Both the position numbers and the translations under genes were made by a program. 63,538 nt of DNA from contig JASTWF010000639.1 of NCBI GenBank assembly GCA_030390025.1, positions 62,001 through 125,538 on the forward strand, written 5' to 3'. Source of the stretch: Squalus acanthias (Eukaryota). This document shows, one piece after another, positions 10,084 to 22,000 of this stretch. A model generated the notes under the pieces. That model was not told where the DNA came from. It did not search any database and worked only from the letters and a program-made list of their open reading frames with translations. Numbering within the stretch: the first letter of the stretch is position 1; every line of letters starts with the position of its first letter.

Positions 10084-13000
10084 GTAAGAATGTACCTCTC
10101 ACTCTGACTGCGGTCATAAACGGTTGTTCAATCAATGTACAATTCCGAGGATCTAATCTTTTATTTTGTTTTGTTGGTCCTCGGGGGTGCGGACGTCGCT
10201 GGCGAGTTCCAGCCTTTATTGCCCATTCCGAGTTGCCCCCTGGAGAAGGTGGTGGTGAGCCGCCTTCTTGAACCGCTGCAGTCCGTGCGGTCAATTTTCC
10301 TTCTGTTTAAATGTTTTGTTTTTTATGGTTTTATTTTAGACTGCACCTGAAATTACTCAGCGCTTTGGGGCGATTGAACAAATCGACTGTAAAGCATTAA
10401 AACATTCGATAAAACTTAACAAACTAAGTTAGAATTTTGTTGGCCGGGGTGATGATGCACTCCAGTCCCCACGGCGCCCAGCGGTCGCGGAAGGCCTCGA
10501 GCGCGCCGGCGGACACCGCGTGCTCCGTCTCCAGGGCCGCCCAGACGCCAACATGGCCGCGGAAGAGAGGCCGGCAATCGGGCCGAACGACCCCCCCTCG
10601 ACCGCCCGCTGCCTGGACCTGTTAGTGGCTATTTTCACCAGGCCCAGGAGCAGTCCCACGAGGAGGTCCTCCGACCTGCCATCTCCCCTCCGCACCGGGT
10701 GACCGAAGATCAGGAGCGTGGGACTGAAGCGCAGCCAAAAATCGAGGAGCAGCCCCTTTCCAAGAGTGAAAGAGGGGCTGCAACCTCTCGCATTGCGTGT
10801 AAACGTGGAACACGGGCTCCTCCAGGCCGCGGAAAAGGCAGGCGGCCTTGGGAGTCCGTGAACCTGCTTAAAACCTTATTGCTCCGCGCAACACCCTCCA
10901 GGCCAAGTCCCCCGATAGAAAAAAAGGGGAGGACTCACGCGTAGAGAGCCCTCCATCGGGGACCTCCGCCGGACGGCAAGATGGCACGCCAAGGCCGGCC
11001 CGGGCGGCAGACGAAGATGGCAAAGTGGAGAGTGATGATGTGGAGATGCCGGTGTTGGACTGGGGTGGACAAATGTGAGAAGTCGCCCAACACCAGGTTA
11101 TAGTCCAACAGCTTTATTTGAAATCACAAGCTTTCGGAGCGGCTGCTCCTTCGTCAGGTGAAGTGAAGAGGTGCATATAGGCACAGCATATATAGTCAGA
11201 GAACACTGCCAGGTGACTACAGTTAATCTTTCTAACTGCCCTTTATCACACCTCGGCAGAGAGATAATCACGGCAATCAAAGGTGTGGATGGTGTCCAAA
11301 CAGGTCAGTCAGGAAGACATGATATCAAAGACAATGAGGTGGGGTCACAAGGGGTCAAATGTGGCAGATGCTGGCGTCTGTATCGAAAACAAAAGACTTT
11401 TTGTGGAGAGTGTGCAGGAGCAGCCCGTACAGGAACTCGCCCAAGGTGTTGGAATAAATGGGTCTTTTTCCGAGTGGCAGGCGGTGACTAGTGGGGTACC
11501 GCAGGGATCGGTCCTAGGACCCCCAGCTATTCACAATATATATTAATGATCTGGACGATGGAATTGAATGTAATATCTCCAAGTTTGCAGATGACACAAA
11601 GCTGGGTGGGCGTGTGTGCCGTGAGGAGGATGCCGAGAAACTCCAGTATGATTTGGACAGGTTGGGTGATTGGGCAGAAGCGTGGCAGATGCAATATAAC
11701 GTGGATAAATGCGAGGTTATCCACTTTGGTGTCAAAAACAGGAAGGCAGATTATTATCTGAATGGCTATAGATTGGGAGAAAGGGGAAGTGCAACGAGAC
11801 CTGGGTGTCCTTGTGCACCAGTCGCTGAAGGTAAGCATGCAGGTGCAGCAGGCGGTGAAGAAGGCAAATGGTATGTTGGCCTTCATAGCGAGAGGATTCG
11901 AGTACAGGAACAGGGATGTCCTGCTGCAGTTGTACAGGGCCTTGGTGAAACCACACCTTGAGCATTGTGTGCAGTTTTGGTCACCTTATCTGAGGAAGGA
12001 GGTTCTTGCCATGGAAGGAGTTCAGCGAAGATTCACCAGGCTGATACCCGGGATGGCAGGAATGGCGTATGAGGAGAGATTGGGTCGATTGGGCTTATAC
12101 TCACTGGAGTTTAGAAGAATGAGAGGGGATCTCATTGAAACTTATAAAATTCCGACAGGTCTGGACAGACTAGATGCAGGAAGGATGTTCCCGATGGCGG
12201 GGGAGTCCAGAACCAGAGGTCACAGTCTAAGGATAAGGGGTAAACCATTTCGGACTGAGATGAGGCGGAATTTCTTCACCCAGAGAGTGGTGAACCTGTG
12301 GAATTCTCTACCACAGAAGGCAGTTGAGGCCAATTCATTAAATATATTCAAGAAGGAGTTAGATATATTTCTTAAGGCTAAAGGGATCAAGGGATATGGG
12401 GAGAAGGCAGGTACAGGGTACTGAATTTGGATGATCAGCCATGATCTCATCGAATGGCGGAACAGGCTCGAGGGGCCGAATGGCCTACTCCTGCTCCTAT
12501 CTTCTATGTTTCTATGTTTCTATGTACAGGAACTCGCCCAAGGTGGGGCACGAACCCACGACCATGAGATTGAGAGTCTCATGCTCTACTGACTGAGCTC
12601 GCCGGGCCCTCTCGTCTGGCTTTCTGGGCCAGTTTAGAGGGCAGTTATGAGTCAACCACATTGCTGTGGGTCTGGAGTCACTTTGAGGCCCCAGACAGGG
12701 TCAGGACAGCAGAGTTACTTCCCTAAAGGACATGACTGAACCAAGATGGGTTTTTCCGACAATCTGATAGTTTCATGGTCACCGTTACCGAGACGAGCTT
12801 TTTTATTCCAGATTTATTGAATTAACTGAATTTAAATTCCCAGGCTGCCATGGTGGGTTTTGAACTCACATCTCTGGATCATAGAATCATAGAAGCATAG
12901 AAGATAGGAGCAGGAGTAGGCCATTCGGCCCCTCGAGCCTGCTCCGCCATTTAATGAGATCATGGCTGATCATCCAAATTCAGTACCCTGTCCCTGCTTT

Positions 13001-16000
13001 CTCCCCATATCCCTTGATCCCTTTAGCCTTAAGAAATATATCGAACTCCTTCTTGAATATATTTAATGAATTGGCCTCAACTGCCTTCTGCGGTAGAGAA
13101 TTCCACAGGTTCACCACTCTCTGGGTGAAGAAATTCCTCCTCATCTCAGTCCTAAATGGCTTACCCCTTTATCCTTAGACTGTGAGCCCTGGTTCTGGAC
13201 TCCCCCACCATCGGGAACATCCTTCCTGCATCCAGTCTGTCTAGTCCTGTTAGAATTTTATAAGTTTCAATGAGATCCCCTCTCATTCTTCTAAACTCTA
13301 GCGAATACAAGCCCAATCGACCCAATCTCTCTTCATACGTCATTCCTGCCATCCCAGGTATCAGTCTGGTGAATCTTCGCTGCACTCCCTCCATGGCAAG
13401 AACATCCTTCCTCAGATAAGGCGACCAAAACTGCACACAATACTCAAGATGTGGTCTCACCAAGGCCTTGTACAGCTGCAGCAAGACATCCTTGCTCCTG
13501 TACTCGAATCCTCTCGCTATGAAGGCCAACATACCATTTGCCTTCTTAACCGCCTGCTGCACCTGCATGCTTACCTTCAGCGACTGGTGCACAAGGACAC
13601 CCAGGTCTCGTTGCACTTCCCCTTCTCCCAATCTATTGCCATTCAGATAATAATCTGTCTTCCTGTTTTCGCCACCAAAATGGATAACCTCACATTTATC
13701 CACATTATACTGCATCTGCCCAATCACCCAATCATTAGACCAGGCATAAGAACATAAGAAATAGGAGCAGGAGTCGGCCATACGGCCCTTCGGGCCTGCT
13801 CCGCCATTCAATAGGATCATGGCTGATCCGAACCTAGACTCACGTCCACTTCCCTGCCCGCTCCCCAGAACCCTTAATTCCCTTATCAGCTAGGAAACTG
13901 TCTATCTCCGTTTTAAATTTATTTAATGTCGCAGCTTCCACAGCTCTCTGAGGTAGCAAATTCCATAGATTTACTACCCTCTGAGTGAAGAAGTTTCTCC
14001 TCGTCTCAGTTTTGAAACGGCAGCCCCTTATTCTAAGATGATGCCCCCTAGTTCTAGTCTCACCCATCAGTGGAAACATCCTCCCCGCCTCCACCCGATC
14101 AAGCCCCCTCACAATCTTATATGTTTCGATAAGATCATAGAAACATAGAATCTAGGAGCAGGAGTAGGCCATTCGGCCCGTCGAGCCTGCTCCGCCATTC
14201 AATACGATCATGGCTGATCATCCAAATCCAGTACCCTGTCCCTGCTTTAATCCCCACAGTACACATATCCCACCCTACCCCCGTAACCCCACGTATTTAA
14301 TTCCCCCTAACATATCCCATCCTATCCCCATAACCCCACATATTTAATCCCCCCCTAACACTAAGGGTCAATTTATCATAGCCAAATCAACCTAACCCAC
14401 ACATTTTTGGACTGTGGGAGGAAACCGAAGCACCCGGAGGAAACCCACGCAGACACGGGGAGAATGTGCAAACTCCACACAGACAGTCACCCGAGGTCAG
14501 ATTCGAACCCGGGTCTCTGGCGCTGTGAGGCACCAGTGCTAACCACTATGCCACCGTGTTGCCCATGTAGATCGCCTCTCATTCTTCTGAATTCCAATGA
14601 GTAGAGGCCCAATCTACTCAACCTTTCCTCATAAGTCAACCCCCTCATCTCCGGAATCAACCGAGTGAACCTTCTCTGAACTGCCTCGAGAGCAAGTATA
14701 TATTTTCTTAAATATGGAAATCAAAATTGTACGCAGTATTCCAGGTGTGGCCTCATCAGTACCTTGTACAACTGAAGCAAGACTTCCCTGCTTTTATACT
14801 CCATCCCCCTTGCAATAAAAGCCAAGATTCCATTGGCCTTCCTGATCACCTGCTGTACCTGCATACTAACCTCTGGGTTACTAGTCCAGTACCATAACAG
14901 CCTGGTCAGTAACAACACTGTGCCTTTATACAGTGCCTTTAACATAGTAAAACGTCCCAAGGCGCTTCAGAGCAACGTAAATCAGACTTCAGTGTGTCAG
15001 TGCAGCCTTCGGTCGCCTGAGGAAGAGAGTGTTTGAAGACCAGGACCTCAAACCCGGCACTAAGCTCATGGTCTACAGAGCAGCAGTGATACCCGCCCTC
15101 CTGTATGCCTCAGAGACATGGACCATGTACAGCAGGCACCTCAAAGCACTGGAGGTGTACCACCAACGCTGCCTCCGCAAGATCCTGCAAATCCATTGGC
15201 AGGATAGGCGCACCAACGTCAGTGTTCTCGCTCAGGCCAACATCCCCAGCATCGAAGCTTTGACCACGCTCGATCAGCTCCGATGGACGGGTCACATCGT
15301 CCGCACGCCCAAAACGAGACTCCCAAAACAAACGCTCTACTCGGAGCTCCGGCACGGCAAGAGAGCCCCAGGTGGGCAGAGGAAACGCTTCGAGGACACC
15401 CTCAAAGCCTCCTTGAAAAAGTGTAACATCCCCACCGACACCTGGGAATCCCTGGCCCAAGACCGCTCAAAGTGGACAAGTGCGAAGTTATCCACCTTGG
15501 GTGCAGGAACGGGAGGGCAAATTATTATTTAAATGGCAATAAATTGGGAGAGGGGGAAGTACAGAGAGACCTGGGTGTTCTTGTACACCAGTCACTGAAG
15601 GCGAGCATGCAGGTGCAACAGGCGGTCAAGAAGGCAAACGGTATGCTGGCCTTCATAGCAAAAGGGTTGGAATACAGGAACAGGGATACCTTGCTGCAGC
15701 TGTACAGGGCACTGGTGAGACCACACCTCGAGTACTGTGTACAGTTTTGGTCGCCTCATCTGAGGAAAGATGCTCTTGCCATGGAGGGGGTGCAGCGGCG
15801 ATTCACCAGGCTGATACCAGGAATGGCGGGATTGACCTATGAGGAGAGACTATGTAGTTTAGGGATGTACACACTGGAGTTTAGAAGATTGAGAGGGGAC
15901 CTCATAGAAGTGTATAAAATTCTGACAGGTCTAGACAGACTAGATGCAGAAGGAATGTTTCCCTTGGCGGGTGAGAACAGAACTAGAGGACATAATTTAA

Positions 16001-19000
16001 GGATAAGGGCTAAACCATTTAGGACAGAATTGAGGGGGAATTTCTTCACTCAGAGGGTGGTGAACCTGTGGAACTCATTGCCACAGAGGGCAGTGAACGC
16101 CAGCTCATTAAATATATTTAAGAGGGAATTAGATATATTTCTACAGGCAAAAGGGGTTAAGGGTTACGGAGAGAAGGCGGGGACGGGATACTGAATTGGA
16201 GGATCAGCCATGATCTCATTAAATGGCGGAGCAGGCTCGAAGGGCCGGATGGCCTACTCCTGCTCCTATCTTCTATGTATCTATGTAGAAACATCCAGGA
16301 AGGCGCCGAACACCTCGAGTCTCTTCGCCGGGAGCAAGCGGAAGCCAAGCGCAAACAGCGGAAGGAGGGCACATCAACCCAAGCACCCCACCCACCCGCC
16401 CCTTCAACCACCGTCTGCCCCACCTGTGACAGAGACTGTAGGTCCCGCATTGGCCTCATCAGTCACCTGAGCACTCATTTCTAGTGTGGAAGCAAGTCAT
16501 CCTCGTCTCCGAGGGACTGCCTAAGAGAGAAGAAATCAGACATAAATCGTCACCCAGACACACAAGGAGATTGTAGGACAGGTGAACAAAAGCTTGGTCA
16601 AAGAGGCAGGTTTTAAGGAGCGTCTTAAAGGAGGAGTCAGAGTCACAGAGTTATACAGCACAGAAAGAGGCCCTTCGGCCCATCGTGTCCGCGCCGGCCA
16701 TCAAGCCCTGTCTATTCTAATCCCATTTTCCAGCACTTGGTCCGTAGCCTTGTATGCTATGGCGTTTCAAGTGCTCATCTAAATGCTTCTTGAATGTTGT
16801 GAGGGTTCCTGCCTCTACCACCCTTTCAGGCAGTGAGTTCCAGATTCCAACCACCCTCTGGGTGAAAAAGTTTTTCCTCAAATCCCCTCTAAACCTCCTG
16901 CCCCTTACCTTGAAACTATGCCCCCTGGATATTGATCCCTCTACTAAGGGGAAAAGTTATTTTCTATCTACCCTATCTATGCCCCTCATAATTTTGTACA
17001 CCTCAATCAGGTCCCCACCTCAGCCTTCTCTGCTCTAAGGAAAACAACCCCAGCCTGTCCAGTCTCTCTTCATAGCTGAAGCGCTCCAGCCCAGGTAACA
17101 TCCTGGTGAATCTCCTCTGCACCCTCTCCAATGCAATCACATCCTTCCTATAGTGTGGCGACCAGAACTGCACACAGTATTCCAGCTGTGGCCTAACTAG
17201 CAATTTGTACAGCTCCATCATAACCTCCCTGCTCTTATATTCTATGCCTCGGAGAGAAAGGTTTAGGGAGGGAATTCCAGAGCTCGGGCACCAGGCGGCT
17301 GAAGGCACGGCCGCCAATGGTGGAGCGATGGAAATCGGGGGATGCGCAAGAGGCCGGAATTGGAGGAGCGCAGAGATCTGGGAGAGTTGTAGGGGCTGGA
17401 GGAGGTTACAGAGATAGGGAGGGTTGTAGAGGCTGGAGGAGGTTACAGAGATAGGGAGGGCTGTAGGGGCTGGAGGAGGTTACAGAGATAGGGAGGGTTG
17501 TAGGGGCTGGAGGTGGTTCCAGAGATAGGGAGGGTTGTAGGGGCTGGAGGAGGTTACAGAGATAGGGAAGGTTGTAGAGGCTGGAGGTGGTTACAGAGAT
17601 AGGGAGGGTTGTAGGGGCTGGAGGAGGTTACAGAGATAGGGAGGGTTGTAAGGGCTGGAGGAGGTTACAGAGATAGGGAGGGGGGGCTGGAGGAGGTTAC
17701 AGAGATAGGGAGGGTTGTAGAGGCTGGAGGAGGTTACAGAGATAGGGAGGGCTGCAGGGGCTGGAGGAGGTTACAGAGATAGGGAGGGTTGTAGGGGCTG
17801 GAGGTGGTTCCAGAGATTGGGAGGGTTGTAGGGGCTGGAGGAGGTTACAGAGATAGGGAGGGTTGTAGGGGCTGGAGGAGGTTACAGAGATAGGGAGGGT
17901 TGTAGGGGCTGGAGGTGGTTACAGAGATAGGGAGGGTTGTAGGGGGCTGGAGGAGGTTACAGAGATAGGGAGGGTTGTAGGGGGCTGGAGGAGGTTACAG
18001 AGATAGGGAGGTTTGTAGGGGCTGGAGGAGGTTAAAGAGATAGGGAGGATTGTAGGGGCTGGAGGAGGTTACAGAGATAGGGAGGGTTGTAGGGGCTGGA
18101 GGAGGTTACAGAGATAGGGACGATTGTAGGGGCTGGAGGAGGTTACAGAGATAGGGAGGGTTGTAGGGACTGGAGGAGGTTACAGAGATAGGGAGGATTG
18201 TAGGGGCTGGAGGAGGTTACAGAGATAGGGAGAGTTGTAAGGGCTGGAGGAGGTTACAGAGATAGGGAGGGTTGTAGGGGCTGGAGGAGTTTACAGAGAT
18301 AGGGAGGGTTGTAGGAGCTGGAGGAGATTACAGAGATAGGGAGGGAGAGCGAACAGGCCCTGGAGGGATTAATACTTTTCCCCAATCTCTACCTTTCATT
18401 TTACTTTTTAAAAATTTAAGGGGGAGAAATTCAGTATCGCCCCATTTGGGGCGCAATTATCGGCTGGGCGCAAAGATTAGCGCCTGGCGCTAAATATCGC
18501 CTCCGACTGAAAACTTGACTTCTATCGCCCCTGGAGGTGAATGGAGCGCTAAATCAGGCGCTTCACACCTGTCTTAAGGCGCTAACGCCGAGGAGCGAGG
18601 CGCTACCGAGGAGCGCTGGCGAAGCTCATGTGATGTCAGTCAGCAATGGAACACAGACACAATGGCGCGGGCCAGTTCTTAAAGGGGAGGGTTGATCTTG
18701 CTTTCCATCCACACCCTGCTCGTTGCAGCCTTGAATCTCAGCCTGGAGAGACCTGTACATCAAATCTGCTGGAAATAACAATGGAGAGGCCCAGGGAAAG
18801 AGCTCAGAGTGCAGCCCCCACAGTCTCTTCTAAATCGATACAAGGAAGTTCAAATCAAAATGAACCTGCAAAGTGCTGCTCAGTACCCAAAACTCCTTCA
18901 CACAGCGTTGAATCTCTCCAGAAGTCTCTCTCTCTCTTTCTCTCTCAGAATGCGTGGTGCAAAAATGTCACCAACAATGAAAGGCAGGAAGTGGTCGCCT

Positions 19001-22000
19001 TTAAATAGCGCTCCCCCAGTCCCTTCCTGACTGCAAAACGCTCCCCTCAACCTGTCGTTGCTAGCGGCAGGCGGTAGGGCAGGGGTCGTCACTCAATATC
19101 CGCTCCAGGGCGCTACCGGGGCGTTGCGCACTCGACTGACGTCACGATCTGCCGGCGCAGGAGATCGTGGCGGTAGTGTTTAGCGCCACCGCAAAATGTC
19201 TAGTTAATTTCGCGAGCGGCGCAAACATCGCCACGCCCGGGCGCTAGTTGCTTTGCCCCCCATTAGCGCCCTCTTAAGGCGCTAACGGGAGGCACAACCA
19301 ACTGAATTTTACCCCCTAAATCTTTTCCTTACCTTGTCTCTTGGTGTTTGCTGTTTGCTGTATTGATTTAGATATCAATAAATTGGTCAGGTGGGCAGAA
19401 CAGTGGCAAATGGAATTCAATCCGGAGAAGTGTGAGGGAATGCATTTGGGGAGGGCTAACAAGGAAAGGGAATACACATTAAATGGTAGGACACTGAGTA
19501 GTGTAGAGGAACAAAGGGACCTTGGAGTGCATGTCCACAGATCCCTGAAGGTAGCAGGCCAGGTAGATAAGGTGGTTAAGAAGGCATACGGAATGCTTGC
19601 CTTTATTAGCCATGGCATAGAATATAAGAGCAGGGGGGGGTTATGCTTCAACTGTATAAAACACTAATTAGGCCTCAGCTAGAGTACTGCGTGCAGTTCT
19701 GGTCACCACATTACAGGAAAGATGTGATTGCACTAGAGAGGGTACAGAGGAGATTTACAAGGATGTTGCCGGGAGTAGAGAATCTTAGCTATGAGGAAAG
19801 ACTGGATAGGCTGGGCCTGTTTTCCTTGGAAAAGAGGAGGCTGAGGGGAGACCTTGTTGAGGTGTATAAAATTATGAGGGGCCGAGATAAAGTGGATAGA
19901 AAGGACCTATTTCCTTAGCAGAGGGGTCAAAAACCAAGGGGCACAGATGTAAAGTAATTGGTGGAAGGTTTAGAGGGGATTTGAGGGGAAATTTCTTCAC
20001 CCAGAGGGTTGTGGGGGTCTGGAACTCACTGCCTGAAAGGGTGGTATAGGCAGGAACCCTAACCACATTTAAAAAGTACTTGATGTGCACTTGGGATGCT
20101 GTAACCTGCAGGGCTACGGACCAAGAGCTGGGAAGTGGGATTAGGCTGGATAGCTCTTTGTTGGCCGGCGCGGACACGATGGGCCGAAATGGCCTCCTTC
20201 CGTGCTGTAACTTTCTACGATTTGAAAATTCTCATCCTTCTATTCAAATCCCTCCATGGCCTCCTCCCTATCTCTGTAACCTCCTCCAACCCCTACAACC
20301 CTCCCTATCTCTGTAACCTCCTCCAACCCCTACAACCCTCCCTATCTCTGTAACCTCCTCCAGCCCCTACAACCCTCCCTATCTCTGTAACCTCCTCCAG
20401 CCCCTACAACCCTCCCTATCTCTGTAACCTCCTCCAGCCCCTACAACCCTCCCTATCTCTGGAACCTCCTCCAGCCCCTACACCCCTCCCTATCTCTGTA
20501 ACCTCCTCCAGCCCCCTGCAACCCTCCCTATCTCTGTAACCTCCTCCAGCCCCTACAACCCTCCCTATCTCTGTAACCTCCTCCAGCCCCTACAACCCTC
20601 CCTATCTCTGTAACCTCCTCCAGCCCCTACAACCCTCCCTATCTCTGGAACCTCCTCCAGCCCCTACACCCCTACCTATCTGTGGAACCTCCTCCAGCCC
20701 CTACACCCCTCCCTATCTCTGTAACCTCCTCCAGCCCCCTACAACCCTCCCTATCTCTGTAACCTCCTCCAGCCCCTGCAACCCTCCCTATCTCTGTAAC
20801 CTCCTCCAGCCCCTACAACCCTCCCTATCTCTGTAACCTCCTCCAGCCCCTACAACCCTCCCAGATCTCTGCGCTCCTCCAATTCCGGCCTCTCGCGCAT
20901 CCCCCGATTTCCATCGCTCCACCATTGGCGGCCGTGCCTTCAGCCGCCTGGGCCCCGAGCTCTGGAATTCCCTCCCTAAACCTCTCCGCCTCTCTCTCCT
21001 CCTTTAAGACGCTCCTTAAAACCGACCTCTTTGACCAAGCTTTTGGTCGCCTGTCCTAATATCTCATGTGTCAAAAAAGTTATTTATTGATATCACTCTT
21101 GTTAAGTGCCTTGAGAGATTTTACTGCATTAAATGGGCTATATAAATATAAGTTGCTGTTTTTGATATTGTTGGATAATGGCCTCGCCCCCTCCCTCTCT
21201 CCGCAAGCTCTGGTTACCGACCCTCCTGCCACTGGAAACAGTTTCTCCTTATTTACTCTATCCAAACCCCTCATGATTTTGAACACCTCTATTAAATCTC
21301 CACCTTAACCTTCTCTGCTCGAAGGAGAACAACCCCAGCTTCTCCAGTCTCTCCACATCACTGAAGTCCCTCATCCCTGGGACCATTCTGGTCAATCTCC
21401 CATTAACCTTCTCTGCTCCAAGGAGAACAACCCCAGCTTCTCCAGTCTCTCCACATAACTAAAGTCCCTCATCCCTCGGACCATTCTGGTCAATCTCCTC
21501 CGCACCCTCTCCAAGGCCTTAACATCCTTCCTGAAGTGGGCGGGGCCCAGAATTGGGACTTGCAAGTTGTTGTTGTTGCTGTTCCCTCTCTCTGGAGCAC
21601 GTGGATTGAGTTGGGCCGGAATCAGACGGGTTGTTAGTGGGAATCGCCCCCCAAGTCTGGCAGTAACGGGCACAACACTTTCAATCTCCTTCCCTGCGCA
21701 CACAATGGATTGAGAGAGGATGCGGAAATGTCGCTCCGGTGGAGCAGGGCAAGACCTTCTACAGGTGGAGGCTTGTTTGGGAAGAGTAGATGGAACGCTA
21801 CTCTATCTCTGACCTAAGATACACTTCGGCTGCCTCTTGCTGCCCTTGTCCTTCTAGGTGGAAGAGGTGGCGGGTTTGGGAGGTGCTGCCGAAGAAGCCT
21901 TGGCGAGTTGCTGCAGTGCATCTCGTAGATGATTCTGTCCTGCTCGCCATTGGCCACATCTGTTGAACAATTCTCACCGAAAAATATAACTGAAATACAA

